This document shows positions 8,345-18,530 of a stretch of DNA of 32,000 nt, in pieces. Origin of the DNA: Amoeboradix gromovi X-113 (Eukaryota; Fungi; Sanchytriomycota); contig JADGIF010000012.1 in NCBI GenBank assembly GCA_018985225.1, positions 1 to 32,000 of the forward strand, written 5' to 3'. A model generated the notes under the pieces. It was not told where the DNA came from. It saw nothing but the letters and a program-made list of their open reading frames with translations, and searched no databases. Numbering within the stretch: the first letter of the stretch is position 1; every line of letters starts with the position of its first letter. Made by a program: the position numbers and the translations under genes.

Positions 8345-11300
8345 TCAAAATCGGTTACCTTGTTGCACAATCTTTAGTATACTCTTTAAACATTTAAACA
8401 GCATTACCCTTGTGTCTTTTGGAATCTCTATCTCTTGGTACTCCAAGATGTTTATTATCGTTGACATTAATCCAGTCATCTGCGTTAGCAATCCAGGTTT
8501 CTTGGATTTAATCCAATACCCTTTGCAATTTACTACGTATTCCAATACTATCATAATTCCTTGTGTTGTTGTTCTACGTTAGTATTTGTTTACTCTTTTA
8601 CTGGGATTGTTCTATTGTCTATCAACTCCAAATAGTACTGCTTGCATTGCTCTATCACTCTATTTAGAAGCCTATCATGTAATAGAGTCATTTGCTCATC
8701 TGTTAGTAAACTGGTTGTAAACAAAAACAGACTTTTTAGTGCTTCCAACTCTATCATGTCTTTACTTTGCTCTATGTCCCCGTTGTTGTATTTTAATCCT
8801 ATTGATTTGTAAAATGCTTCTTTATCTTCTCCCTTGTCTTTATCATTAGTTATTAAATAATCCAGTCCTATCATCCATTCTCCAATAATTGATCCGCTTA
8901 AATACCCATCAAGTACCAATGATTTAACATGGCTGCTCAGGGTATTTATATGCTGGCAATCGATTATATCGTCTGCTATTTGCAATACCATATATTCCTT
9001 ATACTTGTCAGGCAGTTTAGGCTCACTTTGAATGTATTTGTGGAACGATTTTAGCGTCATTTGCCATATGATTCCAATAGGTAACTTTTTAGAGGATTTT
9101 TCTCTTGTTATCGTTGCCAAGCTGTCCACAAATGCCATAAATCCTTCCAAGGCTACCTTCCATCTGCTTATACTGTTCATATATATCTTCATGATTTCCT
9201 TGTAATCCACAACTACCTCCATATCCGCAGTGTATTTAGTGTCCAATATCATTCCAATAATATCAAAGTAAGTTTCAATGATTTTTATGATATCAGGACT
9301 TGTCATTATCTTGTCTATTTTATTGTTAACTACTTTTATTAGCAGTTCTGTTATTAAACTTCCATTTCCTGCACTTATACTATCATTTTTGCTGTCTACC
9401 AGGACATACATCATCTCCAGCCACGGGATCATTTGGTGATCCATCCCGTATATAAAATGCATCCCTATCAATCGCTGTAGCGGCAACAGCTTGTTTAATT
9501 CCTTGCTGTATCCAACAACTATGTCGTTTAGATTGTTTGTGTTCACGCCAAATTCCCTTTTCAACATTAAATCGTGGTCCAATGCATATTTGTATATAGT
9601 GATTACTTTTGCAGCTATTTTGCTACTGTGGTCATTGCTACCAGGTTGCTTGTCTATATTATATACTGAGTATAACAATAGTTCCAGATAATATGTCAAT
9701 GCTTCTTGATTCTGATTTTCTAGCTCAATATTCAGGAGCTCTCTTACGTTACTAGTGCAAAACATACTGGTTATATTTCTGTCTTGTGCACTGTTGTTTC
9801 CCATGTCCATAATTAATATAATCCAGTATTTCAACAGTTGTACAAACACATCATTGTCTGCTGTATATCCCACAATCTTACAAATTACTTTGTTGTAGAA
9901 TTCATACACGAGTGGTATCCACTCATTACAATTGTCATTCCTTATTCCCAATATACCCTTGCCCGCAATTAATTCTCCGATAAACTTTAGCAAATTCTCT
10001 ATGCAAACTATTTGCACATCTACACAGTCTGCTTGCCATGTGGATTTAATCAATTCATCGTTCACTACTCCGAGTGCTGGTGGAACTGTAAAATCGTTGC
10101 TGAACACTCCTTCAAGTAGTTGCGCCAGAATATTTATATATTCGCTAAACGTAGATGCGCTAAATACAGATTCAAATTGCCTGCTAAATATCTTGATTGT
10201 GGTTTGTATGGATCCTACGCAAGTAGCCTTGTGTTTGATTAACGACTGTCGGCAAAGTGATTCTAATATCTTGAATTTGCACATGGAGAGCGAGGCAGAA
10301 GCATCCACCGCAGTGTCTGTAGTGCCTGTCAGCCTGTTCAAATGATCCATCAAATTCCAGTACCACGTAGTAGCCATATATGCAATGTTAGATTGCTTAT
10401 TACTTGCAAATCGCTCTATTACCTGTAACCATTTTAATATCAGGTTTGTTGTTGTCAGATTATCCAGATATTCATTATCAACCATACTTGCAAACTCAAA
10501 TAGCAGGGTGCTTGGATCTAGTACACTAGTGGTGCTTATAATAAAGCTGAACAGCTTACTATCAGTAATCTTGATTAACTGATTAAAAAGGGTTATGAAA
10601 TGGTTTTGAATATTCATGGGATTTTCTGACAGCACTTTCTTGTATCCATCAATGTAAGCATCAATGATTTCGCTGTTGTGATTTTCAACATTGTAACACT
10701 CGAACAAGAATAGATGAGTATAGACAGTAAATACAGACTGAAATACATCCAAATCAGTCATCAAAGCCATATTCTCACTAGAAAGCTTGATTAGTTTATT
10801 GATGTTACCATTTGGCTTTCTGTATTCAATTAACAGATAAGCAATCAATAAATCGGTAGAAAGAGTGACAAATAAGGTGTCAAACTGGGCAATTACAGTA
10901 TCCAGATAGTTTGGATGGATATAAAGCGCAAAAAGCGCGTTTGTGAGTAATCTGATAATCGATGAGGAACTTGTAAAGAGTAATGATGGTTTGATATCCA
11001 AATTAAATGATTTGGAGTGATTAATAGCATCCATGTATATCTGGCTTACCGGCTGGTTGTATTGACTGTTAATAATAGATTCCAAATGGTTGTTGCTGCT
11101 TATAACAGTGGCTATATTATCATTTGGACTATTTAAAGCACTGTTATAAGGGCTATTAATTGTGCTAGTAGGGCGACTTAATACACTGCTAGGACGAGTA
11201 TTAGTGGGAATGCATGCACAGATATTACTGCTTGTTAATAAAATCAGTTTATAAATGTTTTCATGATTGGGAACTACGGCGTGTATTAGTAGCAACGCCA

Positions 11301-12771
11301 TTGATAGATTAATTAGATCTCCAGTGTTAGCAATAGTGTTAGGAAAGATATCCATTATTAGCGCATCTGAATTAGTAATCGATTTGACTTTGAATAAGTA
11401 CTCATAATACATTTTAATTATATCAGTATATAATGGACACTGGTTATTATTAATCGTTAAAAGAGACTTGTAGTACTCGAGATAATCACTGTAAACTGGC
11501 AAAAGCATGGCAGAGTTGAAAGATTCAGGCAATTTGTCGAGTATACGTATAGAGATGGTAATCATATAATGCATGGGCAGTTCAGGTACATTATTGTCTG
11601 CTAAGTGGTCGATGTATAGCTGCTTGCTAGGTATTAGACTAAACTGATCATGACCGTAATTGGAAACAAAGGCATTAATTAGTTTAAAGCATAAACTACA
11701 ACAAGAGCCAACAACGTTTAGGGTAAATGACTCAGATATAAGATCGTAAAGACTGGCTATTAGTGGGGTATTGCAAACCAATTTATAGATTGCCTCAAGA
11801 GATAAAGAAGCTAAAATAACTGAGGAATCTAAAGATATAGTTTTGAATAGCATAGACAGTAATAATTCAGATTCAGTCTTTAATGTATCATGAAAAGAAG
11901 TAATCAGCTGAACGACAAGTAAAAGCGTACGAATAGCAATCGGATAAGGACACATTTCTTTTACCGAGTCACCAAACAACTGGATTATGGTTTTGCTAAA
12001 TGTAGCCAACAATTTAGTAAAATGTAAATTGTGAAGTTTCACCGAACAGTTAGTAAATATCAATTTGGTTATTTCTAGACCTAGCGACCGGGGTATCGGA
12101 GTTAAATATTTTAAATTGTATTCTACGTTTCCTACAATGTACATGACATCTTCCAGTACATCGTATGCTGTATTATCAGGGCACTTTTCAACAAAATTGG
12201 CAACAATTTGACGATAGGTGGCCCAGGCACTAGAAGTGACTAGTGAATCAATTTTCATAGACACTGGTATGTTCCATGATTCATCGCTAGGATGCTTAAA
12301 AGAAGCATTCAGATTTATCTGAAGCAGTTTATGCATTAGCACACATATCTGATGCATTGCAGCTGGAGACAACTCAAGTGCATAGAGATCAGAGCACGGC
12401 AGAGCAACCTGCACTAGTTTTAATTGCATTTCTTGCAAAAGATTGGCCTGTGAGCTGAAGAAACCACCGACATCCGCGCGCAAACAGTTGTGAAGCCAGA
12501 TGATGCATTCCTCCGCTAGTGCTACTTCAATTAATTTATAAGATATCATTCTTAGCAGAATAGTGAGTGCTAATATATTGGTTTTCGGCTGATTGAGTTG
12601 GAAAGTCTTTTGAAGTACAGCTTTCGCAGAAGATAGATTTTTTTGTTCTTGTCGTAATTCATAGACACATTGCTCTGCCGCTTCCTTAATATCCAGAAGC
12701 CTCCTTTTCTTAGCTTCATTCGACAAACTGGCTAAGTCTTGCTGTAAAAGGGTAGAACTTGCTAATGACAT
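8345..12771 (-). CDS. MON2: Mon2 (Sec7-related HEAT/DCB endosome-Golgi scaffold); complement(join(8345..8573,8594..12771))
   Basis: N-terminus LLQQDLASLSNEAKKRRLLDIKEAAE is the Mon2 signature, followed by a long helical solenoid. First ATG is 12771. A 20-nt intron joins it in frame to ORF 8345..8554. Confidence 0.8.
8574..8593 (-). other. 20-nt spliceosomal intron GTAAACAAATACTAACGTAG
   Basis: GT-AG ends, perfect TACTAAC branch site, phase 2. Restores the frame (..PVKE-TTTQGIMIVLEY..). Confidence 0.85.
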
Positions 12772-12915
12772 GAAAAAGTATTTGAGCTTCTGTTTCAACT
12801 TTTAATACAGAAAACTGAAAATACAAAATGTAATACTACTGCCCAAATAAGCAACAGAAAGAGCTCTTATAATGGCAGGTATGGAACGCTATTCTGTAAA
12901 TTGCTTCATATAATA

Positions 12916-13803
12916 ATGCTTCACCAAAATGTAGGTCACTTTCTGATGCAACAAGTTGCGAAACATTTTTTTGACATCTGGAACACATTGCAGCCAAATG
13001 ACAAACTCAGTGAGTTGCATGTAGGTACACCGGCAGCTCAGTTGAGGCCTGATCTGCAAGAACTTTACACATACTTTATAAGGCAGCTGGAATCAAATGA
13101 AGAGATTACAGTGCTTGATTTAGAACATTTGCAAGGCAAGCAGGCTGCTTTTAAACAGAAGCTGATTGATGAGGAAAATAGTTACCTTGAAGTAAAAAAA
13201 TCTCACGAAGGTATTCTATTTGAGCTAGGAATAGAGATGGAGAGTATTCAAGCGGAGATGAAAAGCTCAATTTTTAAGGAAAAAGCCTACCAAGAAAACA
13301 CAAAAGTTATACTGCAGTTGTGCAGCAATGAACTAGAAAATTTCAAAACTCAGTTTGACGCAAGTAGCAGTTTAAAAATCATAGAAGCGACTAAATTATA
13401 TAAGGAACTCACCTTGGCAAATGAAGCTCAAATGCAAGAATGGATTGAAAAAAGACAGCGCATTCAAAAGGAAATAAAAGAGTGGGAGTCCAGGTATATG
13501 ACTGAGACAGATCTTAATTCATCAAATATCTTCTTGTTGAAATCGCAGTTGTTGCAGCTGAATGAAGATTATGATAAGCTGAATGCAAATCTCTCAGAAA
13601 TCACACCAGTATATGATAAAATTTTGTTTGATAAAGATGAGCAAGGTAAAATTGATTTTCAGGAGAGGCTATTATATTTATCACAGACAATCGCGGCTAA
13701 ACGAATACAGTCCACATGGAAACAATATAAGTCCCGTAAAACAGCAAACGCAAAGCCAAAATCGTCCAAAAAAGCTAAAAAAGGAACAAAGAAAAGCAAA
13801 TAG
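12916..13803 (+). CDS. DRC10: dynein regulatory complex subunit 10-like (IQCD); start uncertain
   Basis: Coiled coil, IKEWESRY motif, IQ motif AAKRIQSTWKQYKSRK and a Lys-rich tail. First in-frame ATG is 12916; alternatives are 12946 or a spliced ATG at 12872. Confidence 0.65.
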   Translation: MLHQNVGHFLMQQVAKHFFDIWNTLQPNDKLSELHVGTPAAQLRPDLQELYTYFIRQLESNEEITVLDLEHLQGKQAAFKQKLIDEENSYLEVKKSHEGILFELGIEMESIQAEMKSSIFKEKAYQENTKVILQLCSNELENFKTQFDASSSLKIIEATKLYKELTLANEAQMQEWIEKRQRIQKEIKEWESRYMTETDLNSSNIFLLKSQLLQLNEDYDKLNANLSEITPVYDKILFDKDEQGKIDFQERLLYLSQTIAAKRIQSTWKQYKSRKTANAKPKSSKKAKKGTKKSK

Positions 13804-13893
13804 TATTTAGCTATCTAATAAACTATTTTTAACTTAAACTTTGGGCTAAATCTTTTTATTTATTTTGCGTTACTATGTGCAGGCCAGTGAAAA

Positions 13894-15648
13894 ATGAATT
13901 TGCTGAAAAAAATTAAACTGGGCTTGGATAGAATGAAGGACAGAGTGATGGAAATGATGAACTGCAGAAAGACCAGGGTTGAAGAAGAAGGGATAATTTC
14001 AAAGAAAGAATGCATTTCGCATGGTGCCGCAGTTGATGCATTTGCTGGTGACTGCAGGCCTGTTTTTGCTAGAATATCACCCAAGAATCCCAAGCTTATC
14101 ATGAAGTCCACAAACAATAGATGGAAAACTAAGCGCGTTACTGAAGGCTCGACTCTAACTGAGTTCAGCACTTACATAATTGCCGATTATGAGTTGAAAA
14201 AGGATCGCAACTCTGTATCCAGATCATCACCTTACAAAAACGCCAATGCTGCAGAATCTACCAAGTTTGGGGCCATTGGAATCTCGATAGAGCCTGAGAA
14301 ACATGAAAATGATACAGAATTGCATTTTTCTCTAGTCAATACATCAATAGTGGACAATAATAAGAGCTTTGAAGTTAGATCATTGGATCCTGGTGTTACC
14401 AACGAGAAAGTTTCAGGGCTCTTAAACATATCAGACCACTCTGAAAACATAGTACTTGCATATGACAATCACTACTTCAGAAAAGTTGACTCCCGGAATT
14501 TGGCGTGTGAGGAGACGATTCTGCATAACTCAGTTGTAAATTGCTTGTTTTTGAGCAAGCAGTCAGAATCCATGGACTCGCTAGTTGAAAAGTACTTGCA
14601 TATGGGATACAAAGAGAGCATTAAAAGCTTTTGTTTTACTGTACCTATAGAAATGGAGAGATTCAGTTCCACAAAACTTCTATTTCCATGTGCTACTAAT
14701 AAAAGTGCCATTTCTGATTCCTTCCCATTTTGTAGAGAAAATACAGAGATGGTTGAGTCAAATGATATAAATAAGCAAGAACCAGTAGAAATGCCGAAAG
14801 GTTTTGGTTTCTCAACTATTTCTAATACACACTCAGCATTTCCACCTTTGTTGAAAAAAATGAACAGTAATGAAGAGTTTAAATTTAGCAAAGAGCAACT
14901 AGCTGATGAATTATTCCTGCCTGCACTAGTTCACCCAGGAAACAAGGCGGTGCACAAAAAGAATTGGGGTGATGATCTTGGCGAGAGTATCTTAAGGTGC
15001 CCCAATAATAATGAAAAAAGTAGGGTCTTAGAGAATTTGAAAGGTGAAAATTGTGATTTATTGAATCTTAATGAGGTAAAATCGGAAGATAGCTTGGGGT
15101 ACGTGCTGGACGCGGAAGGGTTATCTATAGAGATCGAACCACGTTCTGAACTTGAACCAAACGCTTCAAACAAAATTTGCTGCCAGCCTGTAAAACAATA
15201 TGTGAGATCAGCATTACGTTATAGCATATTTGTCAATAGCGACCGCGCCAGAGAGGAAGAAATTTGTCCGAAAGTTGAAGTTCGATCATTAAAAATATCA
15301 AAATTCAATTTACCCCCACTGCGGACCAGAAACGAGTTCTTTGAAAGTGGATCCAAAGGCAGCACCATAAAAGAGCCCCATAGATTGGAAAACTCTTCCC
15401 ATACCGATAGAGCACCAGAGTTCTTTCCCTTGCATCTTTATAATTACACTGCAGTCAAAACCAAGTATACTGATATGGGGCTGTTGCAAAACTGTCTCTT
15501 AAATGCATTTTGTCTCCAAATGGAATCACACAAGCTAGATGAAGACAACCTGGCCCTTCGAGGAATTTGTTTCCGAAATCTCGCATATAGTCTGATGGTA
15601 ATGGAAGAAGAGTCTACTCCTCTAGTTATGGACGACTATTATACTTGA
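13894..15648 (+). CDS. hypothetical protein (584 aa, S/E/K/N-rich, no recognised domain)
   Basis: 1.75-kb uninterrupted ORF in AT-rich DNA with an AAAATG start context. Confidence 0.7.
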   Translation: MNLLKKIKLGLDRMKDRVMEMMNCRKTRVEEEGIISKKECISHGAAVDAFAGDCRPVFARISPKNPKLIMKSTNNRWKTKRVTEGSTLTEFSTYIIADYELKKDRNSVSRSSPYKNANAAESTKFGAIGISIEPEKHENDTELHFSLVNTSIVDNNKSFEVRSLDPGVTNEKVSGLLNISDHSENIVLAYDNHYFRKVDSRNLACEETILHNSVVNCLFLSKQSESMDSLVEKYLHMGYKESIKSFCFTVPIEMERFSSTKLLFPCATNKSAISDSFPFCRENTEMVESNDINKQEPVEMPKGFGFSTISNTHSAFPPLLKKMNSNEEFKFSKEQLADELFLPALVHPGNKAVHKKNWGDDLGESILRCPNNNEKSRVLENLKGENCDLLNLNEVKSEDSLGYVLDAEGLSIEIEPRSELEPNASNKICCQPVKQYVRSALRYSIFVNSDRAREEEICPKVEVRSLKISKFNLPPLRTRNEFFESGSKGSTIKEPHRLENSSHTDRAPEFFPLHLYNYTAVKTKYTDMGLLQNCLLNAFCLQMESHKLDEDNLALRGICFRNLAYSLMVMEEESTPLVMDDYYT

Positions 15649-16541
15649 AATAGGTTTAGTCAAATTTCAATGAGAAATGGTCCACAAACTGGAAAACCCC
15701 ACTAATCAAATGTATTGCGTACAAATGTCCTATATTATATCATTTGCGCTTTTGGCGGCAGCTCGTTGTTACCGATCCTCTACTTTCAGTCTAACCTCAA
15801 GAGCAAGCAAATCAGGGTCCTTGTATCAACTGCATACACTAGTTTCCTGCTCTGGATACCGCAGTGGTCTGTTGGTGTGCGTCTACAGTTTTTGTGACCG
15901 TAATAAATCATATTTTACCAATTTGTTTTAGCATGCTGTATAGATCCCATGCACCCACAATCTGAGCTACGTCATTTTAGTATCATACTGTACAAGATCC
16001 AAGATCGTAGCGAGTGCATCTATTTTCACAGGCTTTCTGAAGTTGCACTCCAGGCCAATTAAGCAGCATATCTATCAGCATTTGTGTCTGTTGTTTTAGT
16101 GCTGCGTGTGACATCTTGGTCTATGACGAACGCTGAATTTGATACCTCTGTAAACCCACCTCCATGTTGTTTGCAAAATCCTGTAAAACAACGGCAATGA
16201 TGCCATAAATTGGCCAACTATTGGTTACTCAGACATTCAGCTGAACACATGCACTCATCTAGCTCCCCTTTCCAAACTGGACATATTGAGGGAACAAAAA
16301 GTCACCCACAGACTCGGCTTTACCATCGGGACTGGTTGCATCGTTTCTTTCATAATTAGGCTTTAGTTCTCCTGAACATTTTGTTTTCTTGACACTCTTA
16401 GTTGAATTATTTGTGGTGATTAAGTTGGTATAGGTTAAATAACTGAGAATGTGGTTGACGAAACAAGGGTTGACATAGGTCTGCCTCATGTGTGACCAAC
16501 AGGGATGAATTACTTAGATTCAGAAGATTTATGCCATTGCT

Positions 16542-16666
16542 CCTCGCTAAAAGTCCTGATTTCCGAGAAAATCGAGAATTTCCACAGAGAATCTAGCAAA
16601 GCTAGATGCTCCGTTACAGTGGCTGGTCACTCTTGCAATACCCTGAGGCGGGGTTGAATAAGGGTA
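16542..16666 (-). ncRNA. putative Fanzor omegaRNA scaffold (right end of copy 4)
   Basis: Stems TACCCT/AGGGTA, AGTG/CACT and ACGGAG-C-ATCTAGC-TTT-GCTAGAT-T-CTCTGT (16614-16584). Position matches known TnpB/Fanzor omegaRNA loci. Confidence 0.6.
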
Positions 16667-16669
16667 CAT

Positions 16670-16988
16670 ATACCTGATGTATATGTTCCTTGCTGCCATA
16701 TGATCTCTATCTATCTTCAAATGACACTTTGTACAGGTTCAGGTTTCTAAATTAGTTTTCTTTAGAGTGGCATACCTTGTACATATCTTACTAGTAAATG
16801 CATCATTATATTCAACCATCGTCTTTCCTCTTTGTTTGCACTTGAACTTCAAGCGTTCTTTGAATAAATTGTGCAGATATCTTATAGGCATTGAAAGACA
16901 ACTAATTTTCCCATGTTTGCACCAGTTCCTCAACGTTGATGAATGTATGCTGTGCCTGCTAGTTATTTCTTTAGAATTGATTTACCAT
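16670..16988 (-). pseudogene. deletion fusion of TnpA N-terminal HTH and Fanzor2/TnpB C-terminus
   Basis: One frame reads INSKEITSRHSIHSSTLRNWCKHGKISCLSMP (MerR-like HTH of IS607 TnpA) then YLHNLFKERLKFKCKQRGKTMVEYNDAFTSKICTRY...LET*TCTKCHLKIDRDHMAARNIY (H..FK.RL..K, E.(Y/F)TSK.C, CxxC and DRD..AARNI motifs of Fanzor2). Confidence 0.9.
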
Positions 16989-17364
16989 TTGCGAAAAGGA
17001 AGAATATCGAGTGTTTAAGGTATTAGAAAAATCTGGAAAAGTCTTGAAATTATACAAAAATGCATACAAATTCGCGATAAATGATTTATTCAAGAAAACA
17101 ATCGAGCTGTACTCAAATAAAAAGGATCTTCTATAATCCCCGTAATTGATCTAAAATGAGTCTCTTAGGGCCCCAATAGTGAGAAAGTCTTGCATGTACA
17201 TATTTGGAATAGATCTCTATTTTTATCATAAGATGTTCATGTAATTTTCTGGAACTTACAGTTTATGAGATTTGAAGGCATTTACCTTTATATGGTATCT
17301 TTTTACAGTTTCTTAATGGTCATTTGTATTGGTATCACCAAATGATACTGACGTACGAAACAAG

Positions 17365-18417
17365 ATGTATTTTTACTTATCATTTCTAAACAACCTGCAA
17401 ATGCTATACCATGGATCGTTTAAAGAAATGAATGTATATTCCTCAATTCATAACTATGCAGAGTGGCCTGGTATTTCAGTCAGTGATGCTCAAGTTTTTG
17501 TGGTAGATAACAGTTTAATGGAACTACAGCATTTATTAATCAAAGTACAGACATGGTATAACGCCAATGCAAACATATATAGCTCTCCTACTACGACTGA
17601 CCTTTTTTCTTTCGACCAATTAAAAGACGTTGCAATAGTCTCAATTCCAAATTTATCCATAAAATCAACATGTATTGCCGATGTGTTCCTTAAATACAAT
17701 ACAATGGATATTATTCCCATTACTTTCAAACCTGTCAAAAGTTTTGAATCAAAAAACAAACCACTATCAGCTGACTTAAATTATTTTTGGCAAGTTAATA
17801 ACATCGTTCAAAATGCCTTATTTCTGACAAGAGAATCTCTTGATTCTTCAATTAACAGACTTCCTATGACCAGCGAACAATTTATAATTAAAAAGATTCA
17901 GAAATTCTGTAATATTGAGCTTATACCTATCTCCATTTACGAGAACAATGTTGTTTGCAAGATAAATTCTAAAAATCCCACTTCTCTTATTTCCACTTCG
18001 TTCAACAATCATCATTCTTTCGCTAATCGTTCATTCAAGTCTGAAAGTGCAGGTGCTATTGCAGGTTTATTTGACCTAATCCGATTTTTCAAGCTTCACC
18101 GCAGTGACTCCAAAGTGGCGTTTGTATTTTTCTCTTCTGAATCCTTGGGCCACAAAGGCTCTAAGCATTTCTTTGATCTCTATCCCATATCTGATTTCAC
18201 CCATCATGTGCATTTGAATCATTTGTTTAATTTGTTTTATTGGCAGTACACTGATTCCATACAGCTTAACTTTTACAACCGCTTTATTCCTACTGTAGTA
18301 TCAAACATAGACTCAAGTTCTCCCGATTTAGGTATTTTATCAATGAATATAAACCATAGTGTCATATCTTCAAATCTTGACGCTGTTGTGCACGCCATTA
18401 ACCAATTTAGCAAATAG
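17365..18417 (+). CDS. nicastrin-like / M28-fold protein, short and lacking a transmembrane anchor
   Basis: SESAGAIAGL...KVAFVFFSSESLGHKGSKHF resembles the nicastrin GAES...VMFVFF.GE.F.YIGS motif. First ATG is 17365 with a short hydrophobic N-terminus. Confidence 0.55.
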   Translation: MYFYLSFLNNLQMLYHGSFKEMNVYSSIHNYAEWPGISVSDAQVFVVDNSLMELQHLLIKVQTWYNANANIYSSPTTTDLFSFDQLKDVAIVSIPNLSIKSTCIADVFLKYNTMDIIPITFKPVKSFESKNKPLSADLNYFWQVNNIVQNALFLTRESLDSSINRLPMTSEQFIIKKIQKFCNIELIPISIYENNVVCKINSKNPTSLISTSFNNHHSFANRSFKSESAGAIAGLFDLIRFFKLHRSDSKVAFVFFSSESLGHKGSKHFFDLYPISDFTHHVHLNHLFNLFYWQYTDSIQLNFYNRFIPTVVSNIDSSSPDLGILSMNINHSVISSNLDAVVHAINQFSK

Positions 18418-18530
18418 TAAAATTTATAAAACAGTGACCATTTGAATCTTCCAATGTAAAAATGACTTAGTCTAACGTTTACAGAAGTGTCTCATATCCC
18501 ATTACCTGGTTGTATTGCAAAACAGTTGTA

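Larger units (their letters stand above)
16542..17091 (-). mobile_element. internally deleted IS607/Fanzor2-type element, copy 4 (best preserved)
   Basis: Left end GAATAAATCATTTATCGCGA (from 17091), GCAAATG (ATG 16988), TnpA HTH joined to the Fanzor2 C-terminus, then a structured right end ending in AGG at 16544-16542. Confidence 0.9.

Noticed and set aside
8574-8601. Alternative 28-nt MON2 intron starting at GTAAAAGAG
   Set aside because: It leads to a stop after 21 codons, whereas the 20-nt intron matches the other introns and opens a 76-codon exon.
16739-16741. TGA read as Trp, or another non-standard code, making the Fanzor fragment intact
   Set aside because: CFAP58 and MON2 end in TGA, and TAA/TAG end other genes at the expected conserved positions. 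The fragment also has other inactivating changes and lacks RuvC-I.
18417-18434. 18-nt intron GTAAAATTTATAAAACAG extending the nicastrin-like ORF
   Set aside because: No branch-site match, and it would add only about 8 codons before a stop.
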